From positions 7,566 to 71,565 of the forward strand of contig CADCBK010000003.1 in the NCBI GenBank assembly GCA_902799665.1: 64,000 bases of DNA, written 5' to 3'. The DNA is from an uncultured Spirochaetaceae bacterium. GTDB taxonomy: Bacteria > Spirochaetota > Spirochaetia > Treponematales > Treponemataceae. The translations under genes and the position numbers were made by a program. Below, piece after piece: positions 21,260-30,930 of this stretch (the stretch's first letter is position 1; each line of letters starts with the position of its first letter). Under the pieces are notes generated by a model. It saw nothing but the letters and a program-made list of their open reading frames with translations. It did no database searches and was not told where the DNA came from.

Positions 21260-21945
21260 AGTCCGCCTCCGTTTTTTTGGCGCTCAAGATACTCTTCTTT
21301 CGTTCCAAAGAAAATTTTTTCGCCGATGTGAAGGATGTGGCTTGCGTTGTTAAGCGCCTCGCGAAGGTCGTGCGAAATCATTATGACGGAAATTCCGTCG
21401 TTCTTGTTAAGGCCTTTTACAAGCTTGTACATTTCTTGGGCGGCGGCCGGGTCAAGGCCGGTAATCGGCTCGTCAAGCAAGAGCATTTTTTGCGTAGCGC
21501 AAAGGGCGCGGGCAAGAAGGACTCGCTGCTGCTGGCCGCCCGAAAGGTCTCGGTAGCATCTTTTTGCAAGCGCAAGGATTCCAAGCCTCTTCATGTTCTT
21601 AAAGGCCGTTTGCTTTTCTTTTCCATTATAAAATGGCCTAAAGCCGGCGACACCTTGGCAGCCCGAAAGGACTATTTCCAAAACGCTGGCCGGAAAGTCG
21701 CGCTGGACTTGAGTTTGCTGGGGAAGATAGCCGATTTGGTTCTTTTCCAAGCCGTCGCCAAAAATTATTTGTCCGTCCATCGCGCGCTGCAGGCCCAAGA
21801 TTGTCCGCATCAGCGTGCTTTTTCCGCTTCCGTTTTCGCCGACAATGCAAAGGTAGTCGCCGGCGTTCACCTTAAACGACAAGTCGCGGACGAGGACGTT
21901 TTTGTTGTAGCCAAGGGATAGCTTCCGACATTCCAAAAGAGGCAT
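21256..21945 (-). CDS. Zn/Mn ABC transporter ATPase (ZnuC-like)
   Basis: GENGSGKST, LSGGQQQR, LLLDEP, ISHD. Confidence 0.9.
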   Translation of the reverse strand: MPLLECRKLSLGYNKNVLVRDLSFKVNAGDYLCIVGENGSGKSTLMRTILGLQRAMDGQIIFGDGLEKNQIGYLPQQTQVQRDFPASVLEIVLSGCQGVAGFRPFYNGKEKQTAFKNMKRLGILALAKRCYRDLSGGQQQRVLLARALCATQKMLLLDEPITGLDPAAAQEMYKLVKGLNKNDGISVIMISHDLREALNNASHILHIGEKIFFGTKEEYLERQKNGGGL

Positions 21946-22010
21946 AAATTTAATTATCCAGCAAACACGGCGCGTTGTCAATAAGAGCCTTGCGCGCTAA
22001 AATAGGGCGG

Positions 22011-22703
22011 ATGAAATTATTGCTTTGCGCCGCCATCTTCTTTTCTCTTTGCGCCGTCTCGCGCGCCGCCGACGTAAAGTACATCTATTACGACGACGAT
22101 TTTTTTACGGAAGACATCAAGGGTCCTAAAAAAGAGAGCGACAAAAAGTTAAAGACGGACTTCATTCCTTGGCTTCGCCAGCAGTTTTACGATTCAAGCG
22201 AAAAGGAAACGATTGCAAAGCAAATGCTCGCCTTTGACTGGTCGATGCTCGCGCGGGGCTTTAGGCATGGCGGAATAGGGGCGGGGATGAGCTTTGAAAA
22301 GCAAATCATTCCCCACCTTTCGGCGAGCGCCTATTTTGGACAAGCCTTTGTCTTTAAGAATTCCGACGGCTGGGGCTGCTACACCTTTTCGCCCGCCGGC
22401 TTTGTCTACTATTACCCAATCAGCCGACAGTTGCGGAAATTCTACATTTCGACCGGATTTTGCTGGGACTTGATTTTGTATTTTGGCGACGTTCCGGAGA
22501 GCGCCAGCGCGTCTTCTTTTTCAATCTATCCGCAGGCGGGCTGGAAGTTTTCATTGCCCTGGCGCTTTTTGCTGGACATTTTCGCGGGCTACAAATTCGC
22601 TTTCAACAAAAACGGAGCCTTTTACGGAAATTCCGCCGACATTTTGGGCTTTGGCTTCCAGTGGGGAATCAGCTTTAAGCATTACATGAAAAAGCGCGAT
22701 TAG
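22011..22703 (+). CDS. Exported protein, probable outer-membrane beta-barrel
   Basis: Signal peptide followed by alternating aromatic beta-strand pattern. Confidence 0.6.
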   Translation: MKLLLCAAIFFSLCAVSRAADVKYIYYDDDFFTEDIKGPKKESDKKLKTDFIPWLRQQFYDSSEKETIAKQMLAFDWSMLARGFRHGGIGAGMSFEKQIIPHLSASAYFGQAFVFKNSDGWGCYTFSPAGFVYYYPISRQLRKFYISTGFCWDLILYFGDVPESASASSFSIYPQAGWKFSLPWRFLLDIFAGYKFAFNKNGAFYGNSADILGFGFQWGISFKHYMKKRD

Positions 22704-24637
22704 CCGGCCAGCTTGTAAAAGCCCGACTGAATTTTTTGCAAGAGCTCGGCTTTTGGCATTGGGCGGCCAAAAAGGTATCCTTGCAGGCGCTGGCAGCCGA
22801 TTGACTTTAAGAAGTCGTAGGCCTCTTGCGTCTCAACGCCTTCAGAAAGGGTTTGCATTCCGATTTTTTGCGCCAGCGAAACTATGCTGGTAATGATAGG
22901 CTCTGCCTTTTTGTTTTGCGAAAATTGCGACAGGAAGGCCATGTCGATTTTCATCAAGTCAAAGCTGTAGTCCTTTAGCGCGTTCAAGCCGGAGTATCCA
23001 GAGCCAAAGTCGTCAAGCCAAAGCGAGTTTCCGTTTTTGCGGAAGGCTTCCAAAGAAAGCTTTAGCTTTTCGTCGTTGGTCGAAAGGGCGCTTTCCGTTA
23101 TCTCCACGTGAATGTCGGACTTTGAAAGCCCGTATTTTTTTATGCGGCTGTCAAGCTCTTCCGCGGGATTGATGAGCTCAAAGTCCAGGCGCGAAAAATT
23201 TATCGAGACTGGAACAAAGGGAATCTTTTTTTCAATGCAAGACTTTATGTCGTTGCAGGCGGTTTCCATCACGCTAAGGTCAAGCTTGTGTATCAAATGG
23301 TATTCTTCAAGCACGGGGACAAAGGCTGCGGGTGAAAGCATTCCAAATTGCGGGTCTTCCCAACGGGCCAGCGCCTCAACTCCGCATAGCTTTCCGTTCT
23401 TGGCCAAGACCACGGGCTGGTAAAAGACTTTTATAAAGCCGTTCTCTATCGCTTGGTCGATGTTGTTTATTATGTACTGCTTTTGGTTGAACACTTTGTC
23501 CATCTTGGAATCGTATTCAACCAAGTCCTTGCCGTAATGCTTTTTGATTGACTCGCACGCGTATCGCGCGTGGTCGCAGGCTAGGTTCGGCGCGCAGTTT
23601 CTTTCCTTAATGCGGTGCGTTCCTACTTTAAGTCCAAGCTGAACCGTGTCCTCGGCCTTGCGTATTTCCTTTTGAACCTTTTTTATTTTGCGGGCAAGGC
23701 TGTAGTGTTTTGCCAAAACGACAAAGTGGTCGTCCGAAAAGCGCGCCAATAGTTCGCCGTCAAAAGCGTCGGTTAAAATTTTAGCGATTGACTTTAGGAA
23801 TTCCGTTCCCGCGACAAAGCCGTATTTTTCATTGTAGTTCTTGAAGTTCTCGACGTCCATAAAGGCAAAGCAATAGTCGTCGATGTTGTTCTTTTGGTCG
23901 GCCAAAAAATCCGCGGCCGCATTGTAGAAAAAGCGCCTGTTTGGAAGTCCTGTCAGGCTGTCGTACAGCGACTGCTTTTCCAAGCGCGCGTTCAGCTTGT
24001 TAAGGCGCTCGTCCTTTTGCGCCTCGATTCTTTTTTGGTGGTGGGAAGTGAGGGCGGCCGCGAAAAAGGCCAGCCATGTCGTGAAGGCGTTTATCTTTAT
24101 GCTTAGGCTAATCGGAATCAGCTTGCTTTGCAAGTAAATGTATGTCAAGAAAACGGTTGTGAGCGAGAAGAATGAAACCAGCGGATGCCAAACCAAAAGG
24201 CAGTTTAAGAAAATGACTATCGTGATGAAGGCGAATACTTGGCCGCCCCTGTCCTTGCTTGTGTATGAAATGTAGAGGCCGAACAAAACCATCGCGACTG
24301 AGAAAAAGGCTTTTATCGCGCGGCCCGCGGCCTTGTTTTTTATTTTTCCTTTTAGATACAAAACTGAGTATGCCAGCATCACGATGGATGAGGCAAGAAG
24401 CGCGATATAGGCTATTAAGTGGGCGAAGAGCCATTTTTGGCTGTAGCTTTCGGAGTTTTGGATTACGCCGCAAAGCATCATTCCGATCATAAAAAGCTCT
24501 AGCGCCGCCACTATCACGCAAACATAGACGCTAGACCTTGCGTTGGCCGTAAAAAGATACTCGCTGACAAAATCGCTGCGCTTGCGGCTAGTTATGAAAT
24601 TCTTGATTTTACTGAATAAACTGCCCTCATTGTCCAT
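22700..24637 (-). CDS. Membrane GGDEF-EAL protein, likely c-di-GMP phosphodiesterase
   Basis: Degenerate GGDEF (SDDHF); intact EAL, DDFGSGYS and EGVE. Confidence 0.9.
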   Translation of the reverse strand: MDNEGSLFSKIKNFITSRKRSDFVSEYLFTANARSSVYVCVIVAALELFMIGMMLCGVIQNSESYSQKWLFAHLIAYIALLASSIVMLAYSVLYLKGKIKNKAAGRAIKAFFSVAMVLFGLYISYTSKDRGGQVFAFITIVIFLNCLLVWHPLVSFFSLTTVFLTYIYLQSKLIPISLSIKINAFTTWLAFFAAALTSHHQKRIEAQKDERLNKLNARLEKQSLYDSLTGLPNRRFFYNAAADFLADQKNNIDDYCFAFMDVENFKNYNEKYGFVAGTEFLKSIAKILTDAFDGELLARFSDDHFVVLAKHYSLARKIKKVQKEIRKAEDTVQLGLKVGTHRIKERNCAPNLACDHARYACESIKKHYGKDLVEYDSKMDKVFNQKQYIINNIDQAIENGFIKVFYQPVVLAKNGKLCGVEALARWEDPQFGMLSPAAFVPVLEEYHLIHKLDLSVMETACNDIKSCIEKKIPFVPVSINFSRLDFELINPAEELDSRIKKYGLSKSDIHVEITESALSTNDEKLKLSLEAFRKNGNSLWLDDFGSGYSGLNALKDYSFDLMKIDMAFLSQFSQNKKAEPIITSIVSLAQKIGMQTLSEGVETQEAYDFLKSIGCQRLQGYLFGRPMPKAELLQKIQSGFYKLAG

Positions 24638-24701
24638 ATTTTTCTATAATACACCTTTTTATTCCAAAACGCAAGGAAAAAACGGCCTTAAAAAACGCCC
24701 T

Positions 24702-26483
24702 TCAAATCTTTATCGTAAGAACATTCATGCCGAAAATGCTTTGCCAGCTTGCGCTTTTTGCCATGCCGTAAATCATTTTTATTCCGACATTCTTGAATTG
24801 GTCGCCGGCTTCCGCCTTTAGCCTGTCTTCCGGGTTGAACGAAACGCAGTCGTCGCGCAACCTAAGAATGACATCCTGGTCCTTGTGAACCACGCGGATG
24901 GAAGCGGAATGCTTTTTTTTGTCTTTGTTAAAGCCATGCGCGACGATGTTTCCAGCCATTTCTTCCAGAGCGAGCGAGGCGACAAAGGAACGGCGGTTGT
25001 CGCAGCAGCGCTCAAGGCAAAAATTATGGGCTGCCTTTGAAATTTCCACAACGTCGTCCATGCTGTTCACTGTCAAATCCATGCGCTCTATTTCGGGAAC
25101 GCCAAAAGAGTCGGGCATGACCATAAGCTCTTCCATGTTGCGCGGAAAGCTGCGGTTTCGAATAATGGAATACAAGACGATTGTCGCGAAGACAAAAATT
25201 CCATTCAAGATGTTGGCGATGTACACTCCGTTCACTCCAAAAGATGGAACCAAGATTGCGGAGAATTCCGCGACAAACAAAACGCCGTCAAGGAAGGACA
25301 AAAGCTGTATGAGGAAATTTTTTCCCGACATTTGCGCGTAGCAGACAAAGTGCTGCAGGATGGAGCCGAGCGCAAGGCAAAGCGGCAACAGCCTAAAGCC
25401 CCAGACTGTCATAATGTAGACTTCCGAAAAAATGTCTTTGTAAAAAATATGCGCGAGCGGTTTTGCGAAAACGATAATCGCGACGGCGAGCAAATTGTTC
25501 ACCAAGCAGAATTTTTTGAACATTACGCGCATGACGTCGCTGACCGAAGCGCGGTCTTCCTCTCCAACGCCGACGCTCATTACCATTCTTGAAACGGCGA
25601 CCATTCCGGTTGGAACGCACCAAGCGAGCGCCATCAAAGTGTTCGCCGCGCAAAAGGCGGATATTCCAACCGTTCCCGCATAGGCTGAAAGCAAAAAGTT
25701 TACGATAAAGCCGCGCAGGGTTTGCCAGCCGTTGGAAAGCGCTCCGGGATAGCCCACGACAAAAATTCTTTTTAGCTCCTTTATGTCTATGTCTTTCGCG
25801 GAAAATTTTAGGCGGCAATTTTTGCTAAAGAAGTACTGCGCCTCTACAAGGAAGTAAATCCAAGCGCCTAGCGCGGACGCGAGCGAAAGCCCCCAAACGC
25901 CCATGCCCATTTTTTGGATGAAGATGAAATTTAGCAAGATGTTTGACGCAATGAAAGAAAGGCTGGCGACAGTGTTGCGCCTCATCTTGTTTTCCAGCGA
26001 CAGGAAGGATGAGAGTTGGCCTCCCATTAAAAAAGGAATCGCTCCGATTGCCTGGCCTGTCAAATAGGTTGCGAAGATTGGCCTTAGCTCTTGGTCTTTT
26101 AGGAAAAGGCCCGCGTTGACAAGGCGGCCGGCCAAAAATAGAATCGCCGCGAAAAGGCTTCCGATGAAAAACGAGCTTGCGATGTCCAGCGAAAAAACTC
26201 CGCGCATTTTTCCGCTTTCGTTCCTTCCCATGTGTTCGCCGCACAAAATCGTGGCGCCGCCCATAAAGGTCAAGTTTATGCATGACATGAGCATTTGAAT
26301 CGGCGCGTAAAGTCCAACGGCGCTCATCGCCTGTATGTCGATGAAGTTGCTGGCGAACAAGGCGGAAATGATTGAATTTAGCGACGCGATCGCGGCGATA
26401 AGAATTTGTATTGGCAAAAGCTTGAACATAAGCTTTGCGATTGACTTTTCGTTGGCGGCTTCGGCAGGGCTTCGTTTTTTCAT
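24702..26483 (-). CDS. MATE-family transporter fused to a C-terminal RsbW-like HATPase domain
   Basis: MATE TM body followed by LALEEMAGNIVAHG, LRDD and GIK. Confidence 0.8.
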   Translation of the reverse strand: MKKRSPAEAANEKSIAKLMFKLLPIQILIAAIASLNSIISALFASNFIDIQAMSAVGLYAPIQMLMSCINLTFMGGATILCGEHMGRNESGKMRGVFSLDIASSFFIGSLFAAILFLAGRLVNAGLFLKDQELRPIFATYLTGQAIGAIPFLMGGQLSSFLSLENKMRRNTVASLSFIASNILLNFIFIQKMGMGVWGLSLASALGAWIYFLVEAQYFFSKNCRLKFSAKDIDIKELKRIFVVGYPGALSNGWQTLRGFIVNFLLSAYAGTVGISAFCAANTLMALAWCVPTGMVAVSRMVMSVGVGEEDRASVSDVMRVMFKKFCLVNNLLAVAIIVFAKPLAHIFYKDIFSEVYIMTVWGFRLLPLCLALGSILQHFVCYAQMSGKNFLIQLLSFLDGVLFVAEFSAILVPSFGVNGVYIANILNGIFVFATIVLYSIIRNRSFPRNMEELMVMPDSFGVPEIERMDLTVNSMDDVVEISKAAHNFCLERCCDNRRSFVASLALEEMAGNIVAHGFNKDKKKHSASIRVVHKDQDVILRLRDDCVSFNPEDRLKAEAGDQFKNVGIKMIYGMAKSASWQSIFGMNVLTIKI

Positions 26484-26531
26484 GGCAGCTCCTTAACCTT
26501 TTTATTATAGCGCGGTTTTGGGAACTTGTGG

Positions 26532-26562
26532 AAAAAAAAGCCCGCTATAAAGCGGGCAAAAA
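26532..26562 (-). terminator. Intrinsic terminator downstream of tRNA-Ile2
   Basis: GCCCGCT stem followed by a T-tract on the minus strand. Confidence 0.75.
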
Positions 26563-26643
26563 TTGGGCCATGCGTCGTATTCGCTCCGCTTGGCCTAGTG
26601 GAAATTACCATACATAACTTTGTCCGCTAAAGCGGACAAAGTT

Positions 26644-26716
26644 TGGGCCATCTAAGATTTGAACTTAGGACCAAAGGATTATGAGTCCTCTGCTCTAACC
26701 GCTGAGCTAATGGCCC
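26644..26716 (-). tRNA. tRNA with CAT anticodon, most likely tRNA-Ile2
   Basis: GGGCCATTAGCTCAGCGGTTAGAGCAGAGGACTCATAATCCTTTGGTCCTAAGTTCAAATCTTAGATGGCCCA folds as a cloverleaf and resembles Ile2 more than Met. CCA is not encoded. Confidence 0.88.
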
Positions 26717-26753
26717 GAATGAGTTTCTATGTTAGCGTTTTTTTTATCTTTAG

Positions 26754-27428
26754 TCAATCGGCGGGCCGCTCTTGCATCTCTTTTGGCGAGGGAGCTTTTT
26801 GCAGATATAGGCTTGCGGCCATAAGAAAGACTCCAACGTAATAGATTCCGAGCGCGATTATGTGCAAGGGGCCGTCTTCAACTTTTATCACAATGTTCAC
26901 CATAAGAAGAATGTCGGAGATTCCGAAAATGATTCCGCCGGCGCGGATAAGTGGCGGCGCGCAAAAAGAAAACGCGACCATCGCGCACATGAAGGTTGAA
27001 TAAACTATGCCCTCGATTTTTTGAATGGCGGATATGTCAAGGAAAAGCAGGGCCGCGCAGATTGCGGATAATAAAATTCCCCACAAGGCAAAGTGAAAGG
27101 CGCCGGGCTTTTTGCAGGAGAAAAAGCTTTTTATGAAAAATGAATGGCCCACAAGGTAAATGCAAATTGAAAGGATGAAAACGATGTTTATGCAAAGGTC
27201 TCCAAGGCAGCAGGCAAAAAGGCCTAGCGTGATGAAAAAGTTGAGCGCGCTTTTTTCTTTTTTTAGGGTTGAGGCGCAAAGCGCGAATGGAATCGAGCTT
27301 ATAAGAAACTTTATCGCGTTTCTAACGGCTGAACTTTCTGGCCAGAAATTCAGCAGCGCTTCGTGCGCGGCGAACAAGGCCAGCGCGACAAGGCAAGATG
27401 CCGTGAAAATTATTTTCTTTGCTTTCAT
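26754..27428 (-). CDS. YhhN/lysoplasmalogenase-family membrane protein
   Basis: LGD, GH, FGISD and YY motifs; polytopic membrane protein. Confidence 0.75.
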   Translation of the reverse strand: MKAKKIIFTASCLVALALFAAHEALLNFWPESSAVRNAIKFLISSIPFALCASTLKKEKSALNFFITLGLFACCLGDLCINIVFILSICIYLVGHSFFIKSFFSCKKPGAFHFALWGILLSAICAALLFLDISAIQKIEGIVYSTFMCAMVAFSFCAPPLIRAGGIIFGISDILLMVNIVIKVEDGPLHIIALGIYYVGVFLMAASLYLQKAPSPKEMQERPAD

Positions 27429-27487
27429 GCCTTGATTTTACTACAGCCCCTTTTTCTTTGCAAGCCTAAAAAGCGCGCGGCCAAAAT

Positions 27488-28732
27488 TCACTTATACAGC
27501 AAGTAGGGCTTTCTGTCCTTTAGGAATTGCTGAACGTCTGGAAGCCAAGTCGCGCGGATTTCTTCCTCGGTCATGCCGCCGTCAATTTGCTCTACAAGCT
27601 TGTCGTTGCCCCACAAGCGCGCGAGGCCGGCCTTTTGGTCAACCATCTTTTCTGCGCTTCCGATTTTCTTTGCAAAGTCGATGAAGTATTTTAGCGTAAA
27701 GATTCCGTCATAACGGTCGGCAAGCCCAAGACTGCCGGCCGCGGCGCTGTTTTCAAGACCATAAAGCGGCTCGCCCGTCAAGTCGAGTCCGTAGCAAGGC
27801 TTTCCTTCATGCTTGGGGTTGGTCGCCATGCCCTTAATGTCTTGGGGCGTGAAGACGTATTGGCCAAAGGACTCGTCTGGATAGCCGATCGCGGTGAAGG
27901 GCTGCAAGGTGCCGCGGCCTTCGCTTATTACAGTCGCCTCGAACAAGCACAAGAATGTGTAAAAGCGGACGGACCTGTGGTTGGGAAGGTTCGGCGAAGG
28001 CGGAACGGGAAGTTCGTAGCGAGTTGCCCTTGTGTAGTTTTTTACAGGGATTACGGTAAGGTCGCAGCGCTCTCCGTCCAAAAGCCAACCTTGGCCGTTT
28101 ATCATTTGAGCCAACTCGCCGCATGTCATTCCGTATATCGCAGGAATTGGGTCAAGGCTTACGAAGGATTTGTATTTTGGGTCGCGGATGGGGCCCGCCA
28201 CGCAATCGATGTTAGGATTTGGCCGGTCAAAAATCACAAGGGGGATTTTGTTTTCGGCGCAGGCTTCCATTATGTAATGCATCGTGCTTATGTAGGTGTA
28301 AAAGCGAGCGCCAACGTCCTGGATGTCGTAGACCATGACGTCTATGTCTTTTAAAAGTTCCGGGTCGGGTTTAAGTGATTTTCCGTAGAGGGAAACGATC
28401 GGAACGCCTGTCTTTTGGTCGATGTCGTTTGCGATTGTTTCTCCGGCTTCTCCTTTTCCTCTAAAGCCGTGCTCGGGAGCGAAAATTTTTATGACGTTGA
28501 TTTTGTTTTGGACCAAAAAATCCAAGTCGTGAATTTTTGTTCCGTCGGAACGGATGACAATGGAAGTTGCGTTTGCGACAAGGCCGACGCGCTTCTTTTG
28601 CAAAAGTTTTTTGTATTTTGAAAATTGCTCGGCTCCAACCATAACTTTTTTTTGCGCGAAGGCCGAGCAGCCAGTAAGCGCGAGAAGGGCGGCGAAAAAG
28701 AGCGCGGCGATTTTTTTGTTTGCAATTTTCAT
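27488..28732 (-). CDS. DUF1343 / NamZ-like exo-beta-N-acetylmuramidase
   Basis: APEHG, DIQDVGARFYTY, DRPNP, PSPNLP, SEGRGT. Confidence 0.9.
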   Translation of the reverse strand: MKIANKKIAALFFAALLALTGCSAFAQKKVMVGAEQFSKYKKLLQKKRVGLVANATSIVIRSDGTKIHDLDFLVQNKINVIKIFAPEHGFRGKGEAGETIANDIDQKTGVPIVSLYGKSLKPDPELLKDIDVMVYDIQDVGARFYTYISTMHYIMEACAENKIPLVIFDRPNPNIDCVAGPIRDPKYKSFVSLDPIPAIYGMTCGELAQMINGQGWLLDGERCDLTVIPVKNYTRATRYELPVPPSPNLPNHRSVRFYTFLCLFEATVISEGRGTLQPFTAIGYPDESFGQYVFTPQDIKGMATNPKHEGKPCYGLDLTGEPLYGLENSAAAGSLGLADRYDGIFTLKYFIDFAKKIGSAEKMVDQKAGLARLWGNDKLVEQIDGGMTEEEIRATWLPDVQQFLKDRKPYLLYK

Positions 28733-30864
28733 TTTAGCATCTCCTTAATCTTTTCGATTTCGGCAGCGTCGCGCGTTGGGTCAAGAAGCGTCGCCGCCTC
28801 GTTGGCCAACTGCGCGGCTTGGTTGGAGCCGTCTGCTTTTGCGCGGCGGACAAAGACTTCTAGTATTGAATAGGCTGCGCGGACAATTGGATGCGCGCTG
28901 TCAGTGACCGGCTCGCCGCTTTTAAGCTGTTCCGCTTCCACAAGACGGAACTTGTCGCGGACCATGTCGGCCAAAAGCAAAAGCCTGGCGTTTTTTTTGT
29001 CGCTTCCCTTTTCCATTCCCTCGTAAAGCAGGGCCGGAACAAAGCCTGGCGCGGCCGCAGTAAAATACGAGCCTTCAAACTCGTAAGCGTTTTCTTCGCG
29101 GTAGGGGGTGTTGCGCTTGCTTGTAAAGTAGGCGAGCGCGAGTTTTTCTTCCGGGTCAAGCATGACAAGCGTTCCTGTCCAGCCGTTGTGGCCGACTGTG
29201 GCTCGGCTCGCGCTTTGGCTAAAGTTCCACGAGCGGCGGTCGTCGCCCTGATGGTACCAGCCGATTGCCCAGTTGGCGCGGCCACTGTCTTGCGGCGAAA
29301 AGAAGGAGTCCAAAACGTCCTTGTCAAAAAATTTATTCTGGCCGTAGCCGCCGTAAAAAAGAGTTGACAAAAGTTTTAGCGCGTCGCTTGCCGTCGTGAA
29401 AAGGCCCGCGTGGCCGGATACGCCCGCCATTGAATAGTAGGCCGTCTCGTCGTGGACCTCTCCTTGGATTGTGTCGCTGCGTCCCGCAAAGTCAAGCAAG
29501 GTTCCGCCGCGAGTGTTTCCGCGAAGTTCCGTGGCCGCGCAGTCGCTTTTTGAAAATCCGTTTTGGAGCGGATTGAAAGCCGTTCGCTTTAAGCCCAGCG
29601 GCTCCCAAAAAGTTTTTTTGCAAAAGTCGTCAAGACTCTCGCCTGTAATCTGTTCCACCACAAAGCCCAAAATCATGTAGTCCGCGTCGGAATACAAAAC
29701 GCGCTTTCCAGGCTCGTAAAGAAGCGGCGTCTTGCAAATGGCCTCAAAGGTTTTCGCGCGTGTTTCTTGGTCGGCGCCGCAACCGGCGTAAAGCTTGTTT
29801 TTTGGAATCTGGTTTTCTTTTTCGCGGCCTTGCGTCGTTGAGTTGAAGTTTTTGTTGTAGTAGGCGGGGCCTGCCGGAAAGCCCGCCGTGTGGCAGGCCA
29901 CGTCGCGCACTGTGAGCGCCGCCTTCCATTTTTTGTTTTGGCCGAGCGAGGCGCCGCTTCCGTTTTTGTATTTTATGTTGATGGTCTTTTTGTAAAAGTC
30001 GTCGCCAAGAACGTCCGCGATTTTTGTGTCCAGCGAAAGTTTTTTTTGCGAAATCAAAAATTCTATCGCCATGTTGGCGGCCAACGCTTTTGTGCAGGAG
30101 GCGATGTCGAACATCGTGTCGTCCGTGATTTTTACGCGCTCGTTTTGCGGGAGCGGGTTTCCGTCCATGTCGTAGGAATTGATGAAACCCCAAGAATTTT
30201 TGTAAAGAATGCGGCCGTTTTTTGCGATTGCAAGTTGCACGCAAGGAAAGCCATGCTCTATGTCGGACTGGATGATTTGTGAGACAAGATCGAGCGCGTC
30301 GGAGTCGATTTCGCTTTGCCCGCCGCCTTCTTCCAGCAACACAGGGTAGGGGACGTAAACCTTGACCGTTGAACTGATTGCTGACTGAGATGCGGCGTCG
30401 GAATCAGAATTGTTCACTGACCAAGAAGCGGCGGCCGCGACGTGAATGTCAGCCGCCTGCAAAATGTTTTTTCCGTTGCGCGCGGCTTTTGAAATGTCAA
30501 TCTTGTATGACTTGCCCGCCGCCATCGTGGAAGTGTCGACGCGCTCTTGGTTTACAAAAAGCGAAAAGGCCTTGACGTCCCTTCCGACTTGTATAAAAAT
30601 ACGGCCCTGGCCTTCAAAAAAATCAAAGGCGTACAAACTGTTGGGCGCGAGCGTGTCCTCAACCTCGCCAAATCGGTCTGGGAACGACAGTTCCGCCTGC
30701 CACTGCGCGTTCTCCGGGAGAGCGGATTCTTCTATCTTAAAGAGCGGCTCTTTGTCTTTCGCTTTTTGCGCGAAGATTGGCGTTTGAGCGAACAAGAGCG
30801 TTAGCGATAGCGCGAGGGCCGCGAGTCTTTTGGTTTTGCGTCCATTTTTTGTAATAAACATCAT
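28729..30864 (-). CDS. Beta-lactamase-fold serine hydrolase (PBP4b/AmiE-like) with N-terminal extension
   Basis: SCTK (SxxK), YSD, GEVHDE, GHAGLF, GHNGWTG; signal peptide. Confidence 0.85.
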   Translation of the reverse strand: MMFITKNGRKTKRLAALALSLTLLFAQTPIFAQKAKDKEPLFKIEESALPENAQWQAELSFPDRFGEVEDTLAPNSLYAFDFFEGQGRIFIQVGRDVKAFSLFVNQERVDTSTMAAGKSYKIDISKAARNGKNILQAADIHVAAAASWSVNNSDSDAASQSAISSTVKVYVPYPVLLEEGGGQSEIDSDALDLVSQIIQSDIEHGFPCVQLAIAKNGRILYKNSWGFINSYDMDGNPLPQNERVKITDDTMFDIASCTKALAANMAIEFLISQKKLSLDTKIADVLGDDFYKKTINIKYKNGSGASLGQNKKWKAALTVRDVACHTAGFPAGPAYYNKNFNSTTQGREKENQIPKNKLYAGCGADQETRAKTFEAICKTPLLYEPGKRVLYSDADYMILGFVVEQITGESLDDFCKKTFWEPLGLKRTAFNPLQNGFSKSDCAATELRGNTRGGTLLDFAGRSDTIQGEVHDETAYYSMAGVSGHAGLFTTASDALKLLSTLFYGGYGQNKFFDKDVLDSFFSPQDSGRANWAIGWYHQGDDRRSWNFSQSASRATVGHNGWTGTLVMLDPEEKLALAYFTSKRNTPYREENAYEFEGSYFTAAAPGFVPALLYEGMEKGSDKKNARLLLLADMVRDKFRLVEAEQLKSGEPVTDSAHPIVRAAYSILEVFVRRAKADGSNQAAQLANEAATLLDPTRDAAEIEKIKEMLK

Positions 30865-30930
30865 TCTGTCATTTTAACAGACTGCGGCGGTTTTTGCTAG
30901 GGTTGGAGATGATATATTTGTTTGCAGAAG

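Noticed and set aside
26644-26716. tRNA-Met assignment for the CAT tRNA
   Set aside because: It lacks initiator features (C1:A72 mismatch, three G-C pairs in the anticodon stem) and looks more like Ile2. Elongator Met is not fully excluded.
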